From positions 224,001 to 288,000 of the forward strand of contig JBHLMN010000003.1 in NCBI GenBank assembly GCA_048938105.1: a DNA stretch of 64,000 nucleotides, written 5' to 3'. Within the stretch, counting starts at the first letter, position 1; every line of letters begins with the position of its first letter. The translations under genes and the position numbers were made by a program. The stretch comes from Promethearchaeota archaeon (GTDB taxonomy: Archaea > Asgardarchaeota > Heimdallarchaeia > Hodarchaeales > Hodarchaeaceae). This document shows, piece after piece, positions 9,787-20,500 of the stretch. The notes under the pieces are model-generated. The model did no database searches. It saw nothing but the letters and a program-made list of their open reading frames with translations, and had not been told where the DNA came from.

Positions 9787-10797
9787 TCAATCTGCTAATC
9801 TTGCTCGTCGTGATCCTTCATCGAACGAAATAATACCCATATCTCGGAAGTGGTGAATTATTTGCTGGACTGTATATGTTGCAATCCCAGTCATTGTTGC
9901 AAGATCATCAACAGTGACCTGTTCTAGACTCATTAAATGACTTAAAATTCTCCCAGACTCGCTTTCACTCAAAAATGTCTTTATGGCCTTTGCTGTTCCT
10001 AAGGATTGCTTTGAATCTTCCGCCATTGTTTGAATTTGAGTCTTTGCTCTATCAAGTTCGTAAGTTTTCATTTCATTTTCTTCTTTCAGACGTTTGAGTT
10101 CGAATTTTAGCTCTTCAGCTTCAATTTTCCTTTCTTGCAATTCCTCAATCAGATTATTCTTTTCTTTTAATTCTGATTCCAGTTGCTCAAGTTGAGATGT
10201 AGTTTTTTCTACTTCTTTACCTTTCTTCTCTATTTCTTCCTGCAGGGTGCCGATACGCTGTTGAGCTAAATTATCCCTTTCAAGAGCTAATTTTTCTTTT
10301 TCTTTTAATTGATTTACCAATTCTTCATATTTTTGGGTCATAATCTGTTCTTTTTCAACAGCAATATTTCTTCCTTGACGAAGCTCCTCTAATACAGTGA
10401 CATATTTTTCTCGGAACTCCTCTATCTGTTCATTGACAGCAAAAGACCAATTACTTGAATTTTGATCAAGGTTTTCAAGTCGTGTACTGAGATCTAATAT
10501 TTGATTATTTAGTTCTAACCCTAAAGTCTCCAGGGAACCCCGAACCTCATCAAGTGTCGTTTTAAACTCTTTAGAAGCCTGAGTTCGGATCTCTACGCTT
10601 CTGTTTTCTAATGTTTGAGATAGCTCGCTTTGACGGAGCGCGGATCCCTCCAGGTGTTTTTCAATCGCTGCAATCCTTGACGCCAACTCTTGAGAAACTT
10701 CATTTATTCGGGTTTCAGTATTGTTTAGCTTTTTGGTTAACTCTTCTTGTAATAATTCTAGCTCCGAAGGTTTTTTCTTTCTAAACATGTAAAACAC
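9787..10797 (-). CDS. Long coiled-coil protein with C-terminal winged helix-turn-helix
   Basis: About 260 aa of E/K/L/Q heptads, then GRILSHL…VTVDDLATMTGIATYTVQQIIHHFRDMGII. Confidence 0.85.
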   Translation of the reverse strand: MFYMFRKKKPSELELLQEELTKKLNNTETRINEVSQELASRIAAIEKHLEGSALRQSELSQTLENRSVEIRTQASKEFKTTLDEVRGSLETLGLELNNQILDLSTRLENLDQNSSNWSFAVNEQIEEFREKYVTVLEELRQGRNIAVEKEQIMTQKYEELVNQLKEKEKLALERDNLAQQRIGTLQEEIEKKGKEVEKTTSQLEQLESELKEKNNLIEELQERKIEAEELKFELKRLKEENEMKTYELDRAKTQIQTMAEDSKQSLGTAKAIKTFLSESESGRILSHLMSLEQVTVDDLATMTGIATYTVQQIIHHFRDMGIISFDEGSRRARLAD

Positions 10798-11210
10798 TCC
10801 TTTTGGGAATAGATGTTATACTAGTTAAAAGGTTTCATATGATTTTTCCAGAATTCAATTATCACATGTACGATTTTTGTGATTCATACTAACCATGAGT
10901 ACTCAAGATAAAATTCTTTCTATTTATGTGTCCAAAAAAAAACTAAGACACGCTTTTAAAATGCTTAATGAAAACCAAGAAATATTTGTAATTAGTTTTT
11001 TATTTATTGGCAACCTTTATGTTATCAATCAAGGAGTGAATGATTTAATTATTAGCTTTGAATATGAAATAGTAAGGATTAATGGTTATTTGAGAGTAGG
11101 AAAAGATAATTATTTAGTTGGATCTATCATCTTCGCATTTATAGTAAAAAATATATGAATTTTCAACACAAATGTGATCTAGCTGCTATGTGGCGTTATA
11201 AGAGTTGTTT

Positions 11211-11639
11211 TTATGCTCTAGAAACCACTTTGAAAGAAATATATTTCATACCTTCAATTGTACGAAGTTTCTTCATCAATATACGAATATTATTAACAGA
11301 ATCACTAATGATCAAATTCTCTAAACATTCTCCTTTTTTTAAATGATAATGTGTTGAAAAGACTACATTCGAATGATGTTGTACTTCTAAGAACTTTTGA
11401 ATTGTTTTTTGGTCATAATGGTCATAAACAACTGAAATTGTAACTGTAATGTCAGTATCACTCGCAGTAATGTTATTAAGAACCTCCTCTGATTCAAAAA
11501 AGCTTTGAAGTGCATCTCTTATCATTTGCGAGGTATTTTGATACCCAAATTCTTTTACTTTAGTGTTAATAAGATTTTTAAAACCCTGCTCACAAGAAAA
11601 AGTAATAGTCTCACGATTACCCTTCTGGTTCATCTTCAA
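11211..11639 (-). CDS. nikR: Nickel-responsive regulator NikR
   Basis: RHH domain (TITFS…NTSQMIRDAL) and ACT-like domain with QHH…THYH…ECLE ligands; last gene of the ECF operon. Confidence 0.88.
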   Translation of the reverse strand: MKMNQKGNRETITFSCEQGFKNLINTKVKEFGYQNTSQMIRDALQSFFESEEVLNNITASDTDITVTISVVYDHYDQKTIQKFLEVQHHSNVVFSTHYHLKKGECLENLIISDSVNNIRILMKKLRTIEGMKYISFKVVSRA

Positions 11640-11677
11640 TCCTACCTATTATTACTTCTTTTTTGTTTTGATTCTTA

Positions 11678-12433
11678 TTACGAGAGATTATCAGTTTTTA
11701 TAAACTCTTGCTCCAGAAAATCATTAAAAGATGAAAAATCTCCTTTGATTTCCCCTTGTTTCATTAATATAATTCTATCAGCAATTCTCATAATATCAAA
11801 ATCATGGGAAACTACAATAATTGTCTTATTCTTAGATATTGAGTGAATAATATCAAGCATACGAGGTTTGGTCCAGGGATCGATACCTGCGGTAGGTTCA
11901 TCTAGCACAATGACATTGGGTTGCATTGCTAAGATACCAGCAAAAGCAACCTTCTTCTTTTCACCAAAGGAAAGATTAAATGTAATTCTCTCTCTCAAAT
12001 GAGTAATTTGAACTTCTTCTAAAGCAGAATTGACTCGTTTCTCAATTTCTTCTTGGCTTAGTTGCATGTTTCTTGGCCCAAATGAAATATCATCACTTAC
12101 TTTAGGAAAGAATATCTGTTCGTCAGGATTTTCAAAAACTAATCCAATAAGTTTTTGAATATCTCTTTTGTTCTTCTTTGTCACAAGTTTGCCAAAAACC
12201 CGTACTTGCCCATGTTTAGGAACAATTAATCCATTAAAGTGTTTCATAAGAGTCGTTTTACCAGATCCATTCGGGCCAGCAATGACTGTAAGATTATTTC
12301 TTTGGAAATTAACGGAAATATTCTTTAATACCAGCTTCTGTTTCTGTAAATATTTAAATGATAGATCTTTTACCTCAAGTATGGTTTCATCAGATTTACT
12401 AGAATTATTCTGGTCAGTAGCTAATGTACTCAT
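11678..12433 (-). CDS. ECF Ni/Co transporter ATPase (NikO/CbiO)
   Basis: GPNGSGKT, LSFGEKK, LDEPT. Start moved to MSTLA at 12433, which gives an ATGA overlap with the upstream stop. Confidence 0.92.
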   Translation of the reverse strand: MSTLATDQNNSSKSDETILEVKDLSFKYLQKQKLVLKNISVNFQRNNLTVIAGPNGSGKTTLMKHFNGLIVPKHGQVRVFGKLVTKKNKRDIQKLIGLVFENPDEQIFFPKVSDDISFGPRNMQLSQEEIEKRVNSALEEVQITHLRERITFNLSFGEKKKVAFAGILAMQPNVIVLDEPTAGIDPWTKPRMLDIIHSISKNKTIIVVSHDFDIMRIADRIILMKQGEIKGDFSSFNDFLEQEFIKTDNLS

Positions 12434-13245
12434 ATGAATTCCCTCAAAAAAGTAAATGGTGACATTTGTCCTATACTCATTGCTATAATTACTAGAATTA
12501 ATATTATAATCAAAAAAATAACTCCACCTAAACTCCATGGTTGATGGGGATGTATTAATCTGCCAGAAAATCCTCGGGCTGAGAGAGTGGCAGACACATA
12601 TTCTGCCCGTTTAAAGGATCGTGCTAATAAACCTGCAATAATATTACTGATAATCTTCATTGAGCTAAAATTCATTCGAAGCCTTTCTCCGTAGAGACGA
12701 TTCGACCGAGCCTCAAGAATTCTTTCTAATTCTTCCTGCATAAGGGAAAAAAAACGATAGGTAAAGAAAGTTAAGCTTGTTAATAAATGGGGCATTTGTA
12801 GATCATTTAATCCATAAATAATTTCAAAAAAAGACTCTTCTGAATTAATGAGCATCAAAACAAATAGAACGATTAAGAGACTACGTAATCCAGAAAATAT
12901 CATGAAAGAAAAATTATCATGAATTGTAGAATAGAATAAGCTTCTATAGATAATTGGCGAACGACTAAATGATAGAAACGAAATTAACGCTAATGAAACA
13001 ATAATCGGGAGTGTTGCTAGACTTTGTTTGAAAAATAATAAACGAGGACGAAGAAGAATGAAAGAAAGAATGAAAATCAGTATAAACCATGATAGTTGAT
13101 TCAGATCTACTATTAATGAACATGCAATAATGATAAAAAAAGTTGCGATGATTTTGCACCGTACATCAATTGGATATGCCAATTGATGGGTAGAGTGTTG
13201 TTCGTTTGTATAGGATTCTCTCAAATTCAATCCTTCAATACACAA
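12430..13245 (-). CDS. ECF transporter T component (NikQ/CbiQ)
   Basis: DVRCK, FTYRF, EARSNR, LSARGF motifs. Confidence 0.9.
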   Translation of the reverse strand: MCIEGLNLRESYTNEQHSTHQLAYPIDVRCKIIATFFIIIACSLIVDLNQLSWFILIFILSFILLRPRLLFFKQSLATLPIIVSLALISFLSFSRSPIIYRSLFYSTIHDNFSFMIFSGLRSLLIVLFVLMLINSEESFFEIIYGLNDLQMPHLLTSLTFFTYRFFSLMQEELERILEARSNRLYGERLRMNFSSMKIISNIIAGLLARSFKRAEYVSATLSARGFSGRLIHPHQPWSLGGVIFLIIILILVIIAMSIGQMSPFTFLREFI

Positions 13246-13266
13246 AAAGAAGTAAAAAAACTAATA

Positions 13267-13590
13267 TTAATATTCAGAGCTGATTTCTTTTGAATGACGT
13301 TGTTTAAGGATATAGTATGGAATGATAAAAATACAAAAGACAATAATAACTCCGATTAAACCAGAAACTATTGTAGAAAGAAATTCATTTCCAATAATTT
13401 GTTGAAGCACAGAACCATAAGCCCCATAATCAGTTAGAATCCCAAGATCAAATGAATTACCATCAGGGGCATTGTTCTGTTCTGCAGCACTTTCGAGACC
13501 ATCTGGATTAGGATCCGCAAAAGGGGCTAAGAGTAAAAGTAATACAAGAATAGCAATAACACCAATGATATATTTCTGCTTGACATCCAT
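13267..13590 (-). CDS. NikN / PDGLE-domain protein
   Basis: PDGLE motif between two TM helices. Confidence 0.9.
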   Translation of the reverse strand: MDVKQKYIIGVIAILVLLLLLAPFADPNPDGLESAAEQNNAPDGNSFDLGILTDYGAYGSVLQQIIGNEFLSTIVSGLIGVIIVFCIFIIPYYILKQRHSKEISSEY

Positions 13591-13595
13591 TTTTA

Positions 13596-14282
13596 TTACC
13601 TCTGAACTTCTACTAGCTGAGAAGGTTGTCTTTGTATACCAAGGAAAATATCCATTTCAATGGAATGGAAGTACAAAACAATCATACTAGTGATCAAACC
13701 TTCACCTATGCCTATTAACACATGATAGAAAACGATTGTTGGCAATGCCACAGATATGGGAATGGCTGCGGGGTAATTTATTAGAGGAATACCAAGTTCT
13801 AGAGCTGCGAAAAAAGAAGCAACAACAACAGAGAGAAAAGCTCCACAGAATATACCACCATAATAACGAAATTTGGCATCCTCAGGATTTTCCTTATCCA
13901 TGAAAATACGAAGAACTGAATATCCTGTAAAAACTCCAACAATCCCCATGTTAAAGATATTGGGGCCTAAAGCAATGATTCCACCATCAGCAAAAAGTAA
14001 TGCCTGAATCATGAGAACAACAGTAATTACTAAAACAGCAGCCCAAGGTCCTACAATAGCTGCAGCTAGAGTGCCACCTAGTAGATGGCCAGAAGTACCT
14101 CCCAAAATCGGAAAGTTTAACATTTGAGCTGCAAAAATCGTTCCCCCTATTACAGACATGTAAGCGATTCTCGTTTCATCAATATCACGTAGTTTACGTG
14201 AGGAGACAATTATAACAGCAATTGTTATAAGCCAAGTAACTATTATGAATGCAGGATCAACCCAACCATCTGGAATATGCAT
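13596..14282 (-). CDS. ECF Ni/Co S component (NikM/CbiM)
   Basis: N-terminal MHIPDG (second ATG used as start), GTSGHLLG, FADGG, HVLIGIGEG. Confidence 0.93.
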   Translation of the reverse strand: MHIPDGWVDPAFIIVTWLITIAVIIVSSRKLRDIDETRIAYMSVIGGTIFAAQMLNFPILGGTSGHLLGGTLAAAIVGPWAAVLVITVVLMIQALLFADGGIIALGPNIFNMGIVGVFTGYSVLRIFMDKENPEDAKFRYYGGIFCGAFLSVVVASFFAALELGIPLINYPAAIPISVALPTIVFYHVLIGIGEGLITSMIVLYFHSIEMDIFLGIQRQPSQLVEVQR

Positions 14283-14385
14283 TGTCATTACACCTGAAGA
14301 ATTTGTAATCCATATTAGTTAATTTGAGATATAAAGTGAAGAGATTTTACTCAACTCAAGAAAAAAGATTACCTATATATATGTC

Positions 14386-14408
14386 TTACAGATAATACTA
14401 TTCTGTAA
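14386..14408. promoter_or_regulatory. Candidate operator TTACAGA-N9-TCTGTAA upstream of the nik operon
   Basis: Perfect 7-bp inverted repeat beside TATATATA (14374-14381). A second TATA-like box lies at 14329-14335. Confidence 0.35.
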
Positions 14409-14735
14409 CAATTATCATAGAACTGATTAAACAAGAAATAACAAAAGGAGGTGAAATAAACTTATGATCAATTTAAAGAAATTACAGTACTTTAGTAGAA
14501 ATGATCTTTGTGTCTAATAATTTTAAGAGAAGGATCGAATAACAATTAATATTCCTTTTTTGTTGATATCTAACTCCAATATTTTCTTATAACAAATTAT
14601 TAGAATCATTTAAACTGCTAATCATGAAATTTTAAAATTATCACTTCCACCTAGAAAGAGAGAAGCACTTAATTATTGTTGTTGAACTCTTGAAAAACTT
14701 GGAAATACATTAAAATTAAGAAAAATGTGATTTAA

Positions 14736-16211
14736 ATGACATTATCAGATATCATTTCTCGGATTGAGGATAATTTTAACAAGAATCATCTTCCTGAAAT
14801 ACAAAAATTCCTTCAACAACCTTCTATCTCTGCTACAGGTGAAGGAGTAAAAGCAACATCAGAGATTTTATTAAGAAAGATTAAAGCACTTGGTGGTGAA
14901 GATGTTCATCTAGCGTACACAATGGGAGAAGAGTTTGGACACCCACAAGTTTATGGTGAAGTTTGGGCTGATAAAAAAAAGCCCACAGTCTTATTCTACA
15001 GTATGTATGATGTACAACCTGTGTATCCAGATAAATGGATTCTCAATGATAAGAAAATTGACCCATTTGGAGCAGAAATCCACGAATTTGAATGGTTTCC
15101 AGGTTTTTCTGGTAAGTGCTTATTAAATCGTGGAGTCACAAATCAAAAAGGACCTACAATGGCTGCTTTTAATGTTTTTGAGGAATTACTGAAAGAAGAG
15201 GGGGAATTACCAGTTAATATCATTTTCGCAATTGAAGGGGAAGAGGAGCTAGGCTCACCTCATATGAATCCTTTTATTAATGAATATGCTAAAAAACTTA
15301 AACAGAGTACTGCTGTTTATTTCCCAATGTTCTTTGAAATGTTTGATGGCTCCATTAAATTCTATCTTGGTGTCAGAGGATGTATCGAGGCCAAGATATG
15401 GTGTCGAGGAGGAGATTGGGGTGGGCCTGTTGGTCGGAACTTACATTCATCCAATTCGGGATTAGTGAAAAATCCAGTATTCAAATTAATGCAAGTCTTA
15501 TTATCGATGAAAAATGATGATACCAATGAAATTCTAGTTCCAGGAATAATAGATGATCCCAATATCGTTGGCCCATCCGAGGAGGATGAGGAGATAATCA
15601 AGGAACTTTTAAAGAACTTAGATTTTAATAATTTAAAAAAGAATATGAGCGTAACTAGTTTTAGAGGAATAAATGGTGTAGAACTGACTGGTAAGCAAGC
15701 AATTGTTGAACAATTATTCAAACCAGGATTATCTGTCAATGGAATTGAAGGAGGGTATTATGGAGAAGGGGGGATGACTATCATTCCTCATGAGGCCCAT
15801 GCAAACCTAGATATTCGTTTACCACCATTTCAGGAGATTGAATATGTGAAACAATGCTATCAAGCTTATATCAAAGAGCAATTTCCGATGGTCGAACTAG
15901 ATCTTGGAGCTGGGTATGGCCCTGCAAAAATGTCACCGTCTCATCCTCTTATTCAAACTACAAAGTTAGTATATGAAGATTATGGAAAGAACCCTGTCTT
16001 TTATCCTCTTCTCGCAGGTTCGGCACCATTCTCAATGTTTCAATCTATTCTCAAACTTCCGTTCGTTTTTGGGGGATTATGTCATGGTGGTAGAGCTCAT
16101 TCACCACTTGAATACGCGGTTGTCAAATCCAATGATCCCCATGTAGGAGGCATCCTTGAATTCGAAAAATTTGTCGCTAATCTATTTTTAGAATTTGCCC
16201 AGAAATTATGA
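14736..16211 (+). CDS. M20 family metallopeptidase/dipeptidase
   Basis: YSMYDVQP, RGVTNQKG, EGEEELGS, LHS, AHSPLE. Confidence 0.88.
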   Translation: MTLSDIISRIEDNFNKNHLPEIQKFLQQPSISATGEGVKATSEILLRKIKALGGEDVHLAYTMGEEFGHPQVYGEVWADKKKPTVLFYSMYDVQPVYPDKWILNDKKIDPFGAEIHEFEWFPGFSGKCLLNRGVTNQKGPTMAAFNVFEELLKEEGELPVNIIFAIEGEEELGSPHMNPFINEYAKKLKQSTAVYFPMFFEMFDGSIKFYLGVRGCIEAKIWCRGGDWGGPVGRNLHSSNSGLVKNPVFKLMQVLLSMKNDDTNEILVPGIIDDPNIVGPSEEDEEIIKELLKNLDFNNLKKNMSVTSFRGINGVELTGKQAIVEQLFKPGLSVNGIEGGYYGEGGMTIIPHEAHANLDIRLPPFQEIEYVKQCYQAYIKEQFPMVELDLGAGYGPAKMSPSHPLIQTTKLVYEDYGKNPVFYPLLAGSAPFSMFQSILKLPFVFGGLCHGGRAHSPLEYAVVKSNDPHVGGILEFEKFVANLFLEFAQKL

Positions 16212-16257
16212 ATACTCCCTTCCATCAACTTTACTCAATTTGACCTATCGTTCTCTG

Positions 16258-17208
16258 CTAATTCTTCCGTTTGCGAGTGGTTGTCTTTTTATATAATTCT
16301 GCTAACTCATCTAATTCAAAATCATCTAGTAAATCTTTTTCACTTTTATCAAGACCAGGTTTTGTTTTTTCTTTATCTAACAGTGCATGTAATTCTTCCT
16401 GAAGATTACCTTTAACGAGTTCGGAACTTTGCAGTTTTTCACGCCCTTTTTGAGTAATCTGCCACACTTGTAAGTTTTGTACGTACTCAATCTCACCAAC
16501 AGACACTAATTTGCGGAGGATTGCCATAATTTTATCTCTATCATACTCGACTTGCCCTGTACGGGAGATGATTTCTAGTTGGCCAAGTATCGATAAAAGT
16601 GGAAGGCCGTTTTCATGATCATCTAGCATATCAAGAATGTAAATGGTGAGAAACCTTGAAAACCGGTCTGGTAATGGATGTTCATCTTCTGTTAAGCGTT
16701 TATGTATCCAGATAAGGACTTGTGCAAAATACTGTGGCTCCTTCGCGGTTGTGGAGAAAATCCGATGTGGTCGATCAAGTCTATTAAGGATGTCTAACTT
16801 TTCGATAATGGTCGAAGGATGCACTCGAGCAATATCTTTTTTGTGAAAAAGAACAGCCAAAGGTTTACCCAATGATTGAGGATGATTTAGGATTTTCATG
16901 AATTCTGTTTCTGCATCCATAAAGCTACTCTCATCACTTCCATCAATGACAAATATGATAGCTTCCACATGATCAATATAATTCGAAACAAACCTTCTTA
17001 CCTCCTTTCTCCCCCCAACTTCAGTTATATTAAATGTAATGTTCTTATCAATTGTGATTTCAGAAATGGTCTGGGCTGTAGAAGGTGCTCCTGCTATAAA
17101 AAGGCCTTTTTGAAAAGAATTAATGAGAGTAGACTTACCACTTTTTTCTAAACCATAAAGGAGGACTCGAATAACTGTTGTCAGTTTTTTTCCCCTTTTT
17201 CCAGGCAA
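16258..17208 (-). CDS. Arf-like small GTPase fused to a C-terminal winged-helix domain
   Basis: G1 GLEKSGKST, G3 variant EVGG, IIFVID, G4 variant HKKD; C-terminal ILRKLVSVGEIE…WQITQKGRE. Confidence 0.85.
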   Translation of the reverse strand: MPGKRGKKLTTVIRVLLYGLEKSGKSTLINSFQKGLFIAGAPSTAQTISEITIDKNITFNITEVGGRKEVRRFVSNYIDHVEAIIFVIDGSDESSFMDAETEFMKILNHPQSLGKPLAVLFHKKDIARVHPSTIIEKLDILNRLDRPHRIFSTTAKEPQYFAQVLIWIHKRLTEDEHPLPDRFSRFLTIYILDMLDDHENGLPLLSILGQLEIISRTGQVEYDRDKIMAILRKLVSVGEIEYVQNLQVWQITQKGREKLQSSELVKGNLQEELHALLDKEKTKPGLDKSEKDLLDDFELDELAELYKKTTTRKRKN

Positions 17209-17570
17209 TTATCTAGACAACTCAATGTTGATTTTTCCTTTTTTTAGTTTTTCATCTACTTATGATGATTGCTAATCGTTTGAAATTCAGAAAGTTCATT
17301 TGTATTGAGGTTATTTTCTTACCTAATGGGCATGTTATATCCATAGTTCACTTTATCCCCTTTCAATTTTTACACCTTCAGAATAGATTTATGTTTAGAA
17401 AAAATTACCTGGTTTCTATTTTTATCAAGAATTTAGTAATTATGTGAGTTTCAAAAACAATTTAAAGAAAAAAACAATAGTAACTAACCAATCTTGATAA
17501 AATTTTAATTAAGAATTATTAAAAAAATAATGCATATGAAAAATGATTTGTTTTTCTGGATGAGGAGCTA

Positions 17571-20500
17571 ATGAAATTCAATAAACATAAGATATCCAAA
17601 TATTCACTCTGGATAATATTAATTCTAACAATTGCTCACTACAAATCTACTGGTAGTTTTGAATTATCAGACAGAATAATCGAAAAATATGGAATTACAT
17701 CTCATTCATATGATGTGATCTCATCAACTCCATATAATAGAGAGAAAGAATCCTTAAGTGCTGTAAAAACAAATACTATAGAAATATCTAATCCAATAAC
17801 CTACTCAGATACTATAAATTTAGATCAATTAGCAGATTGTCTTGCCATTGACCCAAAAACTGGTGATTATTACCTTTATTATCCTAGATCATATTGTGTA
17901 AAAACTTATGATAAGGATTTCAATTTCATTGGAACAATAGGAACTGAAGGAGAAGAGGGAACAGATAACGATCACTTTGGTAATTACGTGACAAATACTC
18001 CATTTGGAGGCCTTAAAGTAAGTAATGATGGCCGTTTATTCGTGAGTGATCCTCAGAATCAACGAGTTCAAGTATTCAATACAACTGACCGGTCTTATCT
18101 GACAACTATTAACTGCTCAACTTATATGCCTTATGGGGAATGCCCATTTGGACTCGATATTGGGATTGATGGTTCACTTTATGTAGCTATTTACAACGGA
18201 CCAGTGCTGATTTTTGACAAGAACTTAACCTTCATTGATTCTATCTTCACGGCAAATAATATGCATACCACAGCTATTGATACTAAAGGCCGAATCTACT
18301 CTGGTCACGGTGATACATCTTATCATGAGATCCCTGTTTACAACATAACGACAAAAGCAATGCTGTATGGAATAACTTCCGTTGACGGAACAGATTTTTA
18401 TAGACCAGTGATTGTACGAACTGATTACCGTGATAATCTCTATGTTGTTTGTGATTTTGAACACAGAGTTCAGATATTAAACAAAACTCATGGCCTTATT
18501 GGAACTATAGGCATACCAAACGAAAGCGGGAATGATAACGATCATCTTAATTGTCCGTTGGATGTGGCTTTCTACAAAGGACAAGTATACGTTCTCGATC
18601 ATAATAATTATCGTATTCAAATATTCGCTATTTTCCAGACTCAAAAATCAATTAATATCAATAGTAACACCGATTTTAGGCAGCAGGCGGCAGGGAAAGC
18701 GTGGTTTGGCAATGGTACAGTTTCCAATCCATATTTAATTGAAGGATACATTATAACAGCAATAAATTCCAAACACTTGGTTTCTATCAGCAATACAGAC
18801 GTCTATTTTCAAATTCGTGAATGCTTTTTCAATAATAAATATATATACGATAGTAGAGGTATTTCATTTGCTAATGTGACAAATTCTCTAATTACTGACA
18901 ATACAATTTACAATGCTGCATCGGACGCTATATGGCTGGAGCAAGGATCTACTCATAATAATATTACCAATAATGTGATAACATATGTTGGATCTTATAG
19001 ATCTGGAGGAGATGCAATTGGCATCTTACAATCCTCCAATAATAATATCTTTAACAATACAATTAACAAATACTCTGATGGAATCTATTTAGGCTATACC
19101 TCACTTAATCATATTTACAAGAATAAAATCGATGATTGCGATAGAGGTATAAGGGTTCATGCTGGAACTAATAATAATTCAATTTTGTATAATCAGGTGA
19201 GTCATTGTGAACAATGGGCAGTAGAGATGAATCCTTCTGCTTATGGAAATATTGTGATGTACAATAATTTCATTGATAACTTATTCATAGAATCTCAAGC
19301 TAGTGATTATAATGGAGATAATATCTTTAATTATAACTATTGGGATGATTGGACCAATCCTGACGAGAATTTTAACTATATCGTTGATCTCCCTTATCAC
19401 ATTTATGGCCCTGGAAATAACTCAGACCTCCACCCTCGAACCACTCCTGATTTCTTTTCTTTTATTGATCATGATCCTATTTACATTGATGATAATGAAG
19501 ATTTTGTTACATTAGGTTTTGAAGGTAAAGGGACTAAGGATAATCCCTACATCATTGAAGGATGTTCCATTAATAGTTCAGAAACTTTAATAGAAATTTG
19601 GCACACTAATGTTCATTTTAAAATTCAAAAAAACTGGCTAAATGGAATAACCAAATTCTTTAATGGAATATATCTTTATAATGTTACCCATGGAACCATT
19701 GTCAATAATATCATACTCAATTGTAGTGCAGGTATTTATCAGGAATATTCCAAGGAAAATAATTTAATAAACAATCACATCATCAATTCTAATACTGGAA
19801 TGGTACATACTTCAACTTCAGCTAATCTAATTGAAGGTAATAGAGTTCATGATTGCACTCAAACTGGAATTTATTTATTCAACACAAATTATACTATTAT
19901 TTCGTATAATGCTATATTCAATAATAGTAATGCAGGGATTCATCTAGCCTCATGTAATAACAATACTATGTTTAATAATACCTTTAATGACAACGATGAC
20001 TCTGGAGTTGAACTTGATTCAGCCAATAGCAATAATATTTTTAGCAATATTATTCAAAATGACGGTATTGGCATGATTCTACGATCTAGCAATAAAAATT
20101 ACTTTTCCAAAAATATTATCTCCAGGAGTCTTTATTCTGGCATTGATGTGGGAACCTGTGCCAGTAATACGTTTTTAAATAATACACTCTTTGATAACAA
20201 TGATAATGGGATTTTATTAGTAAATTCCATAAATAACAACTTAATTAACAATTCGATATTTCAAAATGATCGAGGAATACATCTCCATAACATTAACAAT
20301 CAAGGAAATATCATTTCAGGTAATATTATCAAATATCACAATAGCTCTGGGATCATATTGGATTACCAAGCTGAAAATAATCAAATAACAGGGAACTATT
20401 TTATTGGAAATAATCAAGGTGGAAGACAAGCAGAAGACAATGGTGTTAATAATATCTTTTCATACAATTTCTGGGATGATTGGATTACTCCCGATGAAAA

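Noticed and set aside
10895-11158. 87-aa ORF between the coiled-coil gene and nikR
   Set aside because: Very AT-rich, no motif or RBS, composition like translated intergenic DNA. A real small gene cannot be excluded.
12434-12538. N-terminal extension of the ECF ATPase in the ORF track
   Set aside because: It overlaps nikQ; the ATGA-coupled start at 12433 is more plausible.
14447-14730. Strong RBS (AGGAGGTGA) followed by ATG
   Set aside because: The frame closes after 17 codons. It may be a decayed gene, but I recognised no homology.
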